Shown: piece by piece, positions 40,487-54,935 of the stretch
How positions within the stretch are numbered: the stretch's first letter is position 1
How the letters are laid out: every line of letters begins with the position of its first letter
Assembly (NCBI GenBank): GCA_951406725.2
Contig: OX597835.1
Location: 19,034,001-19,098,000, forward strand
Length of the DNA: 64,000 nucleotides
From: Octopus vulgaris
Taxonomy: Eukaryota
Direction: 5' to 3'
The notes under the pieces: generated by a model
What the model was told of the DNA's origin: nothing
Databases searched by the model: none
What the model saw: only the letters and a program-made list of their open reading frames with translations
Translations under genes and position numbers: made by a program

Positions 40487-41575
40487 TATGTGTGTGTGTG
40501 TGTGTGTGTAGAGTCTTCAGACTATCGGATAACATATTGTGCAGCATCTCTTCCGAATCCGTGCATTGTCAGTTCAATTTAAGCTGTGTTCAAATTTAAC
40601 TTTCATCCGTCTGGAATCGATTGAAAGATTTAGCAGTCCAGACATTGCATTAAGTGTGCACTTAGTGAATTTGTATGTACATAATGCTTGCTGAATTTAT
40701 TCGAGGTCTTTAATTTTCCAGCGCACAAGGAAGTTTAGTGTTGTTAGACGAATCTAAAAACAAATTGGAAAACAGGCAACGGAATGACGTCTGTTCTCTT
40801 ACAAAACTTCCATAGTTTCAATTCACTATTGTGAAGGTTCAACAATAGCATAGATTTCAAGCATTTTGGATTACTCTAATGAAGTTTTTTTCACATGGAC
40901 TGCTCTGCAACACATCAGCGAATACACTTAACTGTTCTTGCATATAAGTCAAAGACCAGCCATTCACCATTTTTCGGGGATTATCCGAGTACGTGGTATT
41001 GATAAGCCTGTCTGATGGATGACCAAATATCGATATCCACCATTTTCGGTCATTCCAAGGTATTTTGTATCTCCTTCTCTTTCATATTCAGCAGATCTAT
41101 AACACTTCACGTCCTGTAGGTAACTTATTCGGCCGTTGTCCCGCAGGAAAATTTGGCGCATGAACAAAACATACGACGTATGTGTAACCGATAACGTACC
41201 AAAGTGTGTGTGTGTCTGTGTGTGTATATGCATATTTACGCCAATGTAGGCATATGTATATATTCTTACAGACCAGCGTCATGGTTTGCATCAAATAGGT
41301 CTTTTGGTGATCCCTAAGCTTGAAAGATTCTTGTAGGGACATGACATGCTATATAAATCTGGTAAGTTGTTTTATCCATGCAGTATGAAACTATTATTAA
41401 ATATTTTTTGAATATTCTGTGTATGTATATATATAGGTGTGTGTCTGTGTGCAAGCACGCGTGTGTGTGTCTATACATACATTCATACATATATATATAT
41501 GTGTGTGTGTGTTTGTACATTTTTTTTCTGTGTGTAAATGTAGAAGTATATCAATGCATTTGCATGTAGTTTGTA

Positions 41576-41617
<42 letters not shown>

Positions 41618-41618
41618 C

Positions 41619-41695
<77 letters not shown>

Positions 41696-41697
<2 letters not shown>

Positions 41698-42017
41698 GTC
41701 GCCCTTTTCAAGCATAGCCAGGCTTATGGGCCCGGTTTCCCGGTTTCCCAGTTTCCCAGTTTCTGTGGCGTATGTGTTCCTCCCAGCTGGACGGGACGCC
41801 GGTCCATTGCAGCGTTACTCAAGAAACAGGAACAGAGAGTGAGAGAAAGTTGTGGCGAAAGAGTACAACAGGGGTCACCACCACCACCTGCTGGAGCCTC
41901 GTGGAGCTTTTAGATGTTTTCGTTCAATAAACACACACAACACCAGGTCTGGGAATCGAAATCGTGATCCTTCGACCGCGAGTCCGCTGCCCTAGCCACC
42001 GGGCCATTGCGCCTCCA
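41696..42017 (-). mobile_element. SINE family B head/body with alternative tail type 3
   Basis: Family B over about 41820-42017; tail CTGCAATGGACCGGCGTCCCGTCCAGCTGGG...GGAAACCGGGCCCAT. Confidence 0.8.
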
Positions 42018-42083
42018 CACACACACACAGACACACACACAGACACACACACACACACACGCACATATATATACATACATACA

Positions 42084-42117
<34 letters not shown>

Positions 42118-43117
42118 CATACATACATACATACATACATACATACATACATACATACATACATGCATATATGTATGTGTATACATAAATAAGTAAGAGA
42201 AAGAAGAAAGCTGGTTAATGAGTGATAGACAGAGCGATTGCCTGATCGAGAGCGTAAAGATACCTACACACGTGAATAAACATACAGACACCTTGAAACC
42301 ATTGTGAGAAATAACCTTATAATGGCAACACGGCGTACAAGGAGGAGTTGAAGAATACTTGAGAGTGAAGCATGCCAAAGTTGTATTGATAGAGTCCAAA
42401 CTGTGGATTCTTTCCGTAATTGGCACGTCCGTTCAATGTAACAGCTGAATCGAATTGTTCACCTCAGTTGAGTACATCTGAGAAAGTTATAGTAGGTTAC
42501 CTGCGTTGAATGAAGAAACTGCATCCATCCAGCGTGCTGTTGACTGTGTGTTAAGTCTCTAGTGGCTTTTACGATGCATTCCAAGTAGCTCAGTCAGCCA
42601 TTTATATTCCTTGTGCAGCAAATAACCACAAGCATGTGTTATTGTTGTTTTCGCTATTCATCTCGCCTCTTAACAGAATTGTCTCTGGCTTTGTGTATCT
42701 CGCTGTTTCCCTCTTTCCCTATTTTCCGCTCGCTTTTATTCTGCATTTCCCGCCACCCACGTACGTGCACTCACTCACTGTCTCTCACAAACATGTGTGT
42801 CTCTACGCGCAAATGTGTTTATATTCGGGCATATATACACTAAGGCCGAATGACACATTGATATGTATATATATATATATGTAGACATGTATGTGTAAGT
42901 GCGTTTGTGCACCTGTAAGTACATACATTTATAGGTACACTCACGTATGCATACACACATTCACAAAATTATACACACAAAAATGAGTTTGTATACACGG
43001 AAAGTGTATAAGGATATCTCTCTCTCTCTCTCTCTGTATCTCTCTCTGTTTGTCACTGTCTCTCTCTGTCTCCCTCTCTCTCTCTATATATATACGTACA
43101 CACTCACACATACACAT

Positions 43118-43159
<42 letters not shown>

Positions 43160-43257
43160 TAATACTAAGTAATTAAGGGTTTAGCAACGAATTGCCTCAC
43201 CAACACACCGAATTTAGAAATAGCAGTCAAAGAGATATAGCTATTCCTTCTACTAAG

Positions 43258-43345
<88 letters not shown>

Positions 43346-44470
43346 ATGCCCATGTCTATGAACGTAAACATCTATGTATGACGCTGTTATCTTTACTTAA
43401 CGTACTTCATAGACGAAATATTGTTTACACCATAAATGGTAGAACGTGAAAGAGTGCCTTTCAAATTTCAATGCCACAATGCGTTCAAGAAAGTACTCAT
43501 TTCTGAGGCGGATTTACTTGTTTGTCGTTTGGTCTATTTGTACATTTAATTTATTTTGAAATTGGGAAGTTTTTTTAACGTTGAGTCTCAGCAAACGAAA
43601 GATATTGTTTTTGTTCCTTGCTGAATAGAATATTCTTTGTAGAAGTTTTGTAAAAGACCAGCTTAGCAATGGAAGTGTCTAGATATAAAGAGACAAAGAG
43701 CTTTGGTTTCCAGGTCTTCATACCCAAGGATTCATAAACATTTTACTCTAGCTGGGATACATTTTCAGCTGTCGTACTAGAATGTAGAACCCACTAAAAC
43801 TACTACAAACTTTATCTCATTTTCTTCGGAGAGGACACGATGATATTTTCACTTTCTTGTCTTTTGACCATTACTACGCTAGTTAAAGTACCTTATATTC
43901 ACTCTTCCTTATATTCACTCTTCCCGCCCTGGACGAACTTGTATTTCGGTACGTCGAACTCTCGTCTCCATTAGAATTGGGAAAACACGAGGGGAAGATA
44001 ACTGAGCGTTTTAAAATCAGGAACATAGATTTACACCTACATCAAACAAGGATTCTTCTGAATTCTTTAACGCGTTCCGAATTGTCCACGCTACCTATAT
44101 TTTATTGGGTGTACTTTTGAAACGTCTTGTATAAAATATATTTCGTAGGTAACATAGAAGACACACAGGGACATGCCAGCAGTACACTGCATACCTCTGT
44201 CACTGTCCCATTCTTTTTTCTCTTTTTCTCAAAGTCTGCCAGACTTTGAATTTTTCAATGGATTCCAATTGAGATGCCCTAGTCTACTACCACCATGTTG
44301 AAGAGTGTGGCTGAAGTATACATTATGTGTTAAAGTGTGCGTAGAGTTCTTAAACATTGTTAAATTCTGACACTGAATAGTATATAGGTTCACCGATGGA
44401 ACCAATTTGGTCACAAGTATCATCGAAGAATTAGGGAAAGAAAGAGACTTGTAAGTAGATACTCTTTAGT

Positions 44471-44872
44471 CTTTTTACTCTTTTACTTGTTTCAGTCATT
44501 TGACTGCGGCTATGCTGGAGCACCGCCTTTTAGTCGCGCAAATCGACCCCGGGACTTATTCTTTGTAAGCCCAGTACTTATTCTATCGGTCTCTTTTGCC
44601 GAACCGCAAAGTGATGGGGACGTAAACACACCAGCATTAGTTGTCAAGCAATGCTAGGGGGACAAACACAGACACACAAACACACACACATACATAGATA
44701 TATATATACATGTATACGACAGGCTTCTTTCAGTTTCTGTCTACCAAATCCACTCACAAGTCATTGATCGGCCCGGGGCTATAGCAGAAGACACTTGCCC
44801 AAGATGCCACGCAGTGGGACTGAACCCGGAACCATGTGGTTGGTTAGCAAGCTACTTACCACACAGCCACTC
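44471..44872 (-). mobile_element. SINE family C, near full length
   Basis: Aligns to 21884-22325; followed by a degenerate family A-like copy at 44875-45068 (minus). Confidence 0.9.
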
Positions 44873-45721
44873 TTAGTTTCAAATTTTGGCACAAGGCCAG
44901 CAGTTTGTGGTGAGGGAAGAGTAAGCCGATTACAAGAACCCCGTTGTTCAACAGGTACTTGATTTATGGACCCAGAAAGGATAAAGGTGAAGTTGGTTTT
45001 GAACTCATAACGAAAATGATGCGGCTAAGCATCTTCTCCGTTGCGCTAATGGTTCTGCCAGCTCACCGCATTAATGTAGGTAGAAATATTAATAGTTAGA
45101 CTGTACATATGGTAAATAGAAACATAGATATTTAGAGATATAGATAGCGCATCAATAAGAGAGAAAATTCTATTTCTGACATCGTATATTGGTAGTTTTC
45201 TATAAATAAATATAGATATCAATCTAAAATAACATTAATTTAAATTTTGTCTTGCTCAAACAAGTCTTTCAAACAACAAGATGGATTGTACACTTGAAAA
45301 ATTAGCGAAGCAGAAAGAAAATTATTCGACAAAACTTTCGTCTTCTCCAAACTATAAAAAAAAAAAAAAATTTAAATATAGCAAATAAAGAAAATAAACA
45401 TTGCTCAAAAGAAAATATTGAGTAAATTCTTATAAAAAAACCGTAAGAGACAGATCACCGTGTAATTCCAATTTGGCATTAATGACTCTTGGAACATTCT
45501 GGATATGTTGGCGTTGTTTGTTTTTTTATCCATTCTTATATATTTTGTCAATGAGTTTTCTTTTCCTCCCTATAATCGTCATTAATATTGATGTTGTTAC
45601 TGTTGTTGTATTAACATCTTAATCATCAATTTATTGATATAACCAAATAATTCGTTATTGTCATATTTATTTTTTTCCTTCACATTTGTTTTGTTACTAC
45701 GTCTCTTTTAATTGTTATTTT

Positions 45722-45786
<65 letters not shown>

Positions 45787-45980
45787 GTTATTGTTGTTGT
45801 TAATATTATTATTATTATTATTATTATTATTAGTATTGTCATTACTATTATTATTATTAACATCATTATGAATTATAAGTAATGTTTTTATACCTATTAT
45901 TTTTAGTTTCAAAAAACATTTTCAATAAACTAAATTAATTTATAGTGTCAAAACACTGTTCAACCGTGTAAACTTGGATA

Positions 45981-46068
<88 letters not shown>

Positions 46069-46170
46069 TGTGTGAGTATATATATATATATATAAATAAA
46101 TATATATATGTATATATGGAGAGAGAGAGAGAGAGAAAAAGTGGAGAGTGAAATATATGTATATATATAT

Positions 46171-46218
<48 letters not shown>

Positions 46219-46709
46219 ATGTATGTGTAAGTGTATGTATGTATATGTGTGGTTGGGTGAGAAGCTTTGCTTGTGTGTGCTTGTGTTTACATGGATGTAC
46301 GTGTGTATTTTAAGAAAATTTATATTCACTTCGATTGGTCAATGTTTGAGTGTGTCTCTATCAACGAATTTGTATTCATATACATTACTATGTCTTCATT
46401 CCGAGTCTGTAAACACTATCTACAGACGTACACCATAAATATATCTGTATATGGGTTAACTGTGGTGTCTGCATCTTCATATGTATATTTTTTATTTATA
46501 AAACACCCATGGGAGAGCTTATACTTACCCCTCTCACATCCTCTACATGGATACAAATATACATTGCTCTACAATGTCTGTCTATCTGAATGTACGCATA
46601 TTTCGTTATTTAGTTAACGCCACACATAAGACCAATCCTGATTCACTTACCTCCTTACTTGTCTGAAGCCACGATATTCTCACATGAATGGTTATACAAA
46701 TTAAAGGTA

Positions 46710-46859
46710 TGGGTGTGTCGTGAGAAGTTTGCTTCCCAGCAACATAGTTCCGGTTTCAGTCCCTCTGCGTAGCACCTTGGTCCAGTGTCCTCTACTATAG
46801 CCTCGGGCAGACCAAAGCCTCGTGAGTGGATTTGGCTGACTGAAATTGAAAGAAGCCTG

Positions 46860-46862
<3 letters not shown>
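46710..46862 (+). mobile_element. SINE family C, 5' half
   Basis: Head and body up to the internal (TA)n. Confidence 0.75.
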
Positions 46863-46919
<57 letters not shown>

Positions 46920-46921
<2 letters not shown>

Positions 46922-47121
46922 CACCATGATAGATCGTTAGCCACTACACATTTTTTCTCTCCTTGTTTCTCTCCTTGTTTTCTGTGTCACTTTCTGTAGA
47001 AGAGCGCAGGCTCGAAACGTAAAAGACTTTTTCTATTCCTGAGCATTATACTAATACATCTGTTTGTTTTGTACACCACCTGTCTTCGTCTTTTGTTGGT
47101 TTATTTTTCGTAAATTCTTCC
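46920..47121 (+). mobile_element. pLTR-like element (family F) embedded in (TA)n; partial copies at 47365-47516 and ~39323-39380
   Basis: Shared CCATGATAGATCG...CTAATACATCTGTTTGTT...CACC..CTGTCTTCGTCTTTT; contains an HHR motif. Confidence 0.65.
46990..47025 (+). ncRNA. Minimal type-I hammerhead-like motif with variant core CUGUAGA
   Basis: CUUU-CUGUAGA-A-GAGC-GCAG-GCUC-GAAAC-GUA-AAAG: all stems intact, core position 6 is U instead of A. Confidence 0.55.
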
Positions 47122-47122
47122 C

Positions 47123-47159
<37 letters not shown>

Positions 47160-47264
47160 ACTGAGTAATATTTTCTGATCTCCAAAACAAGCCTGTAAGC
47201 GATTCTATATATAGACAGACATACATAAATATATATACATGCGTGTGTGTGTTTGTGTATCCAT

Positions 47265-47364
<100 letters not shown>

Positions 47365-47513
47365 CGCCATGATAGATCGCTAGCCCATTCTTTATTTTCT
47401 CTCCTTGTTTTTTTTTCTATGTTCCGACTTCTTCGCTTCCCGAGCGTTAAACTAATACATCTGTTTGTTGTCTACACCATCTGTCTTCGTCTTTTATATT
47501 TTTTGTGAATTCT

Positions 47514-47571
<58 letters not shown>

Positions 47572-48088
47572 GTGTAATGTATGTATGTATATATACACAC
47601 ATTCGCAGATTTTAGATTAATATGGAAACAAAACTTATATTGTAATTGTTTAGATATTTGTTACTGTTAGATATTTGTCAGCTATATAAGTTATTACATT
47701 TGACTGGGTTAAAATATTTTACAATACTGCTGAAATCTGCTCATCAGGTGTGATTGAATTAAATTATTGTAAACATCAGATTTCATTACTTATGAATTAG
47801 GAATATATCGTCTGATTTTCTTTTTTCCTCTTCGCAAGATTTGACTTAAAACAGGAGACACAAGGTTTGTAACTGGCTGATATTTGATGGCGTTTAAGAT
47901 ATTGCAAACTAAATTTATACCTGTCATAACTTATGTAATTAGTTCTTTAAAGCGGGTATAATTATCAATATTTGCTTGATAATTATACATGAACTGAAGG
48001 TAAAATGTTGCCATTGAGCTATGGGGTAGTGTAGAAAATAGCTGCAATGGCGAATGTGTGCGTGTGTGTATATATACACACACACAAC

Positions 48089-48136
<48 letters not shown>

Positions 48137-48264
48137 TATATTAGGAAGTGGATTCGTGGTGTTCGATCATATAATAACGAAATAATATATAAAACATATG
48201 CATATATACATACATATATGTACATACCTACATTTATATGTATATATATACATGCATATATGAG

Positions 48265-48520
48265 TACAGGACACAAAAAAACCATAGAACACAATGAGAA
48301 ACAAAAACATAAAAACATAAAAACCAAACCATTGAAACGGACTTTTTTCAAACAACCAAAAACACAGAGTACAAGACATACCACACAAGGAATATTCCCC
48401 TTCTTCAGCTGCCCCTGCTTCGACTACTCCGTATTTCGAAGGTAAGGGCAAGACACAACTTCTGTTGAAACAGTCCTTCCTGCAAAGCAAATTAAATACA
48501 ATTTGGGATTTTTGCGGCTC
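48265..48520. repeat. Microsatellite-adjacent dispersed repeat; inverted copy at ~53110-53325
   Basis: Shared AAACAGTCCTTCC.GCAAAGCAAATTAAATA and AATGAGAAACAA.AACATAAAAAC. Confidence 0.65.
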
Positions 48521-48543
48521 ATTCCCCCGGCGCGGAAACGTTT

Positions 48544-48963
48544 CTTATTTCTTTATTGCCCACTAAGGGCTTAACATAGAGCGGAAAAAAACAAGGACAA
48601 AGAAAGGGATTAAGTCGATTATCTCGACCCCACTGCGTAACTGGTACTTAATTTATCGACCCCGAAAGGATGAAAGACAAAGTCGACCTCGGCGGAATTT
48701 GAACTCAGAACGTAACGGCTGACGAATTACCTATTTCTTTACTACCCACAAGAGATTAAACACAGAGAGGACAAACAAGGACATACAAACGGATTAAGTC
48801 GATTACATCAACCCCACTGCGTAACTGGTACTTAATTTATCGACCCCGAAAGGATAAAAGGCAAAGTCGACCTCGGCGGAATTTGAACTCAGAACGTAAC
48901 GGCAGACGAAATACGGCTTAGCATTTCGCCCGGCGTGCTAACGTTTCTGCCAGCTTGCCGCCT
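48544..48963 (-). mobile_element. SINE family A dimer
   Basis: Same head plus two-unit architecture. Confidence 0.9.
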
Positions 48964-49099
48964 CAATTTTCTTTCCTAATAAATACTAACATCATGTATT
49001 CATCAAGAACATAGAAAAACTATAGCAATTGCGCCACCACCATCACCACCACTACGAACAATACCAACTGCGTCATCCAGTACCCCCACCCCTTACCTC

Positions 49100-49115
49100 C
49101 ACCATCAGCATCATC

Positions 49116-49147
<32 letters not shown>

Positions 49148-49195
49148 CGTCAACATCATCATCATCATCATCATCATCATCGTCAACATCATCAA

Positions 49196-49238
<43 letters not shown>

Positions 49239-49306
49239 GTCATCATCATTATCATCATCACCATCATCGTCAACATCATCATCATCATCATCATCATCGT
49301 CGTCAA

Positions 49307-49343
<37 letters not shown>

Positions 49344-49411
49344 GTCATCATCATCATCATCGTCATCATCATCGTCATCATCACCATCATCGTCAACATC
49401 ATCATCATCAG

Positions 49412-49442
<31 letters not shown>

Positions 49443-49489
49443 GTCAACATCATCATCATCATCATCATCATCATCGTCAACATCATCAA

Positions 49490-49538
<49 letters not shown>

Positions 49539-49606
49539 GTCATCATCATTATCATCATCACCATCATCGTCAACATCATCATCATCATCATCATCATCGT
49601 CGTCAA

Positions 49607-49643
<37 letters not shown>

Positions 49644-49696
49644 GTCATCATCATCATCATCGTCATCATCATCGTCATCATCACCATCATCGTCAA

Positions 49697-49741
<45 letters not shown>

Positions 49742-49750
49742 AATCGTCAA

Positions 49751-49791
<41 letters not shown>

Positions 49792-49905
49792 ACATCATCC
49801 TCATCGTCAACATCATCAACATCATCATCGTCGTCATCATCATCATCATCCTCATCACCATCATCGTCATCATCATCTCCATCATCATCATCGTCAACAT
49901 CAACG
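49100..49905. repeat. (ATC)n array with a 300-bp higher-order duplication
   Basis: 49201-49400 is repeated at 49501-49700 with the same GTC/AAC/ACC interruptions. Confidence 0.9.
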
Positions 49906-51439
49906 GCGTTATTATATATTCGTTTCAGGTCCGAGCACACGAGTTTGGCTATTTGTGACTGAAAGCTGCTATTCTCCTGGGTCAGCGTACTCTGGTCTTT
50001 CATTGTACCACACAAATGTATCTCACTCTCTTGTCTGTTTCTGGTTTGCTATATTATTCAGTATTATGTCGTTAATTTGCTTGTGGTCGATGTTTATGGT
50101 CGACGGTTCTTGTGAGTGTTGTTGCTGCTGTTGTTCTTGCTTTTATTGCTGTCGTTGTCGTGGTATGTGTTGCTGTTTGTTTAAAGCATGTCCCTTTATG
50201 TAGTCGACCTCTTCTGAAGAGCCGAAATAGTCCACCTGCTGGAGTAACATGAAAGGAAGGCGACGCACAGAAAAATCGAAATGAAAAGCGTCGGCGTGAG
50301 AGACCTGGATTGACGGGGAAATATTAAATAGCGAGTGGCAATCAACGGGGGTGGGTGGTGGTGGAAAGAGACAGAGAGAATAGAGATGGGGGAAGAGGTA
50401 GGGAAAAAGAGAGAGGGGGAAGAATAGGTAGAGAAAAGAGGGAGAAAGAATAGGTGAAGGTATGAGAGAGAGAGAGGGAAATAGAGAACGAGTGAGATAG
50501 ATACATATGGAAACATGCGCACACAAAGAGGTATAGCAACACGCACGCGCAAACGCAGACACACAGACATCGGAAGAGAGACTGTTGTAGAGCAGGAGTG
50601 GTTATTAAAAAAAAACAGAGTGTAAAAAACCAAAAAAAAAAGGAAGCTCCTAAACGTTTTATAGTTGAAAAGTTACATTGTCAGTAAGACTCAAACTAAC
50701 ATTGTCAAAGTTTGTATCTACTAAGGTAGCTTTTTCCTACCCTTTTCCCAACCCTGTTCCACTCCATTTAACCTTTCCTTTGGTATCTCTATTGAAGGCA
50801 ACTAGGAGAAGGAGGAGGAGGAGAGAAAGGTCGCGGAGGAGGAGAAGGAAGAGAAAGGTGGCAGAGAGAATAAGTAGAAGCGGTGCAAGCGGAGGAGAAG
50901 GCAGAGGCAGTGTGTAAGTTAGAGAAAAAGGAAGATTAGAAATGAAAGGTAGAAGAGGAGGAAAATGGCGGCTTTACGAAATATCTTTTTGTTTTTTTTT
51001 CTTGTTTTGTCGTGTTTTGTTTTTTTTAAGTAGGTTATTTATTTTTTTCCCTCCATTCAAGCATTTTATTTATTTATCTTTATTTTTATTTATTTACCTA
51101 TTTTTTTTTTTTTTTGTATATTCCGCAAACCTGCCTCTGCCATTCTTCGATGTCTGTTCCCTTGTTACATGTCATTTAGTAATGGATGTAGGAACAGAAT
51201 AACAAAAAAAAAAAGAAAGAAAAAAAAACCCAACTACAATAACAACAACAACAACAATAATAATAATAAAGCAATAATAATAATGCAAATAATAATATTC
51301 TGCGTGTGTAGCTGAATTCGATGTCATCTAAAAGAAGTAACATATATCTGTGAGTGTGTGGGTCTAATTGTGTGTGTTAGCGTGCAAGAGTGTTTGAGTG
51401 CGCGCGTGTGTGTGTATTTGTGCGTGTGTGTGTGTGTGT

Positions 51440-51482
<43 letters not shown>

Positions 51483-52224
51483 TGTTTATTCTGAAATACA
51501 ATAAAGCAGTTTGGTATACAACAAGGGATTGTCTTGTAATGTTAACAAACCAAAAACTTACAGTCAAATTGCTTCGACAATCTACTGCAAGATGAAAGTG
51601 GTGGAAAAATCAGGGAATGCAACCTCTTGAGATGGAATTATGGCATCTGCAAATCTTCCCATCTGTAAAGACACACAGACATGCTTGATATGTAAGGAGT
51701 TAGCATAGCATAAAATTACACTAAAGTGAAAGAAACGCTTTTGGAAATTTTTCATCCAGTCATTGGAATGACATTAAAATCAGAATAGAATTCCTCAAAT
51801 ACATCGAAGAACACTTAAAAAAGGAAAGAAAAAAAAAAACAGAATACAAAGCCAAACATAGAACAGAACAAAAAAAAAATCAACTATAGATAAATAAACG
51901 CTTATAGAATATGCGATAACATTATCATATTATATATGAAATATTCGGTAAAAATATCCGGCGCAGCAACGAGAGTCTTACATAATGGCTGACAATGAGT
52001 ATTTTTCTGGTTTCTGTTTCATAAAAAAGTAATCATTCGAATCCAGTAATATTTATGGTGTTCCTCTGGTGGTTGCGTCAGTATTATACTGGAATTGTAT
52101 GCAGGGGGATAATATTTAATATGAAGTGTATATAATTCTAATTGTTTATCTTTCTCTGATGATGTTATCGGTACCATTCTCGCTTGGTGGTACTCGACGA
52201 TGCCGAGATCTTTTCGGATTATAT

Positions 52225-52435
52225 TCTTTGCTTGTTTCAGCCATTTGACAGAGACCATTCTGGGGCACTGCCTTTAGTCGAACAAATCGGCCCTTCAGGA
52301 CTTAGTCTTTGTAAGCCTAGTACTTATTATATCGGGGTTTTTTTGCCGAATCGCTAAGTTTCGGGTACGTAAACACAGCAACACCGGTTGTCAAGCGATG
52401 GTGGGCGGGACAAACACACACAAATACACATACAA

Positions 52436-52483
<48 letters not shown>

Positions 52484-52510
52484 TTATAAATATATATATA
52501 TACATGTATG

Positions 52511-52549
<39 letters not shown>

Positions 52550-52668
52550 GACAAACTGCCTTCAGTTTCAGTCTACCAAATTCTAGACGGCCCGAGGCTA
52601 TAGTAGAAGTTGAACCCGGAACCATGGGGTTGGAAAGCAAGCAACTTACAACACACCCAATCCTACAC
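52225..52668 (-). mobile_element. SINE family C with internal deletions
   Basis: Aligns to the family C consensus. Confidence 0.8.
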
Positions 52669-52669
52669 C

Positions 52670-52765
<96 letters not shown>

Positions 52766-53495
52766 CGATCGAATGCCACGCATCCATTTCCAGGTAAGTT
52801 TTATCATAATAATTTACGATGCGCACTTTTATTCTATCTCATTTTTGTCGATTTGTCCCGCTCTCTTGTTCTTCTTTCTTTCTGTTTTTCTCTGCCCCCC
52901 CCCCTTACCCACTTCTTCTTCTCTCCACTTAATCGTTTCCTCTGTCTCTCTCTCTCTCACTCTTCCACCTTGACTCTCTCGTTAATCACACGTGACTAAC
53001 AGCCATTCTCTCTTTCTTCCACTTCCTTCCTAAAGATTAGACATGCTTTTATATGTCTCTTTTTTTACTGTTTTGTTCTCAATGTCCTGTTTTTGTTACC
53101 ACTTTCAACCTCTGCAAAAAAAATTTCTAATTTTATTTAATTTGCTTTGCGGGAAGGATTGTTTTAAAGAAGTCGCGTCTTGTCCCAATCTACGCGGAGT
53201 TAGATAAAACAGCGGACAACAGATGCCTGGTTTGTTTGTTTTTTTCGTTGTGCGAAAAAAGTTCGTTTCCAATGTTTTTGTTTTTATGTTCTTGTTTCTC
53301 ATTCTGCCCACGTTTTTTATATGCCCTATATCCATATATGCATATATATGCATGTATATCCATATATGCATATATTTGCATATATATATATATATATATA
53401 ATTATATATATATGTGTGTGTTTGTGTGTGTCTATATATGTATATGTACGTATATATGCATATATTTATATATTGTTTATATTAATATATGATCG

Positions 53496-53580
<85 letters not shown>

Positions 53581-53592
53581 CGATCATATATT

Positions 53593-53694
<102 letters not shown>

Positions 53695-53789
53695 CGGCTG
53701 AAATGAATGTTAGAAATTTGGCGGGTGATTATGAATATTCAAAATGTCCATTATTGCAGCAATTCCCTACACATTCCATACCAGTCCAA

Positions 53790-53905
53790 TTTGTTTCCAA
53801 CCAAATGATTCGGTATTCAGTCCCACTGCATGGCACCTTTATGTCCTTAGGCCAACCAACGTTTGTGAGTGTATACAGTTGACATAAATTGAAAGAAGCA
53901 CGTCG

Positions 53906-53966
<61 letters not shown>

Positions 53967-54151
53967 CGTGTGTGTTTGTGTTTCTGTCTTCGTCCCCCTA
54001 GCATTGCTTGACAACCGATGCTGGTGTGTTTACGTCCCCATCTCTTAGGGACGTAACCACTCTAAGTACCGGGGTCGATTTGCTCGACTGAAGGCGGTGC
54101 TCCAGCATGGCCGCATTCAATTAACTGAAACAAGTAAAAGAAGTAAAAGAG
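53790..54151 (+). mobile_element. SINE family C, degenerate head and intact tail
   Basis: Ends ...GGCGGTGCTCCAGCATGGCCGCA...CTGAAACAAGTAAAAGAAGTAAAAGAG. Confidence 0.8.
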
Positions 54152-54217
54152 GTACCACACAAATGTATCTCACTCTCTGTCTGTTTCTAGTTTGCTATAT
54201 TATTCAGTATTATGTCG

Positions 54218-54533
54218 GACCGGGCGTTGTGAGTGTTTATTGATGGAAAACACCTAAAAGCTCCATGAGGCTCCGGCAAGTGGTGGTGGTGATCCCTGCT
54301 GTACTCTTTCACCACAACTTTCTCTCACTCTTACTTCCTGTATCTGTTGTACCTGTATTTCAAAGGGCCGGCCTTGTCACTCTCTGTGTCACGCTGAATA
54401 TCCCCGAGAACTACGTTAAGGGTACACGTGTCTGTGGAGTGCTCAGCCACTTACACGTTAATTTCACGAGCAGGCTGTTCCGTTGATTCGGATCAAACGG
54501 AACCCTCGTCGTCGTAACCGATGGAGTGCTTCC
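54218..54533 (+). mobile_element. SINE family B, 5'-truncated (tRNA head missing)
   Basis: Near-identical to about 6595-6909. Confidence 0.9.
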
Positions 54534-54703
54534 ATCCATTAAATATTTAATAGGTAGGACGTAATTATGGATGGACATATGAAAACCTACAAATGAGGAG
54601 ACACCATATGGATAATCAAGATTGTAGGCAGGTTAACTAATTACCCACGTTGATTAAGAGTTAGCTATCTGGTTTGATGGGCTGTAAATATGATGGGAAT
54701 ATA

Positions 54704-54935
54704 TATTTCTTTACTACCCACAAGGGGCTAAACACAGAGGGGACAAACAAGGAAAGACAAACGAATTAAGTCGATTATATCGACCCAGTGCGTAACTGGT
54801 ACTTAATTTATCGCCCTCGAAAGGATGAAAGGCAAAGTCGACCTCGGCGGAATTTGAACTCGGAACGTAACGGCAGACGAAATACGGCTACGCATTTCGC
54901 CCGGCGTGCTAACGTTTCTGCCAGCTCGCAACCTT
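54704..54935 (-). mobile_element. SINE family A monomer
   Basis: Matches the family A consensus. Confidence 0.9.

Noticed and set aside
40964-41150. EGDTKYLGMTENG, like the YKYLG RT motif
   Set aside because: A single short motif; possibly an old LINE scrap but not supportable.
41272-41361. Plus-strand segment with a good acceptor and gtaagt donor
   Set aside because: Stops in all three frames; such site pairs arise by chance in AT-rich DNA.
48395-48442. Type-II hammerhead-like order (CUUCGAAA...CUGAAGAAGGGG) on the minus strand
   Set aside because: Stems I and III do not form properly, and the sister copy near 53190 lacks the core.
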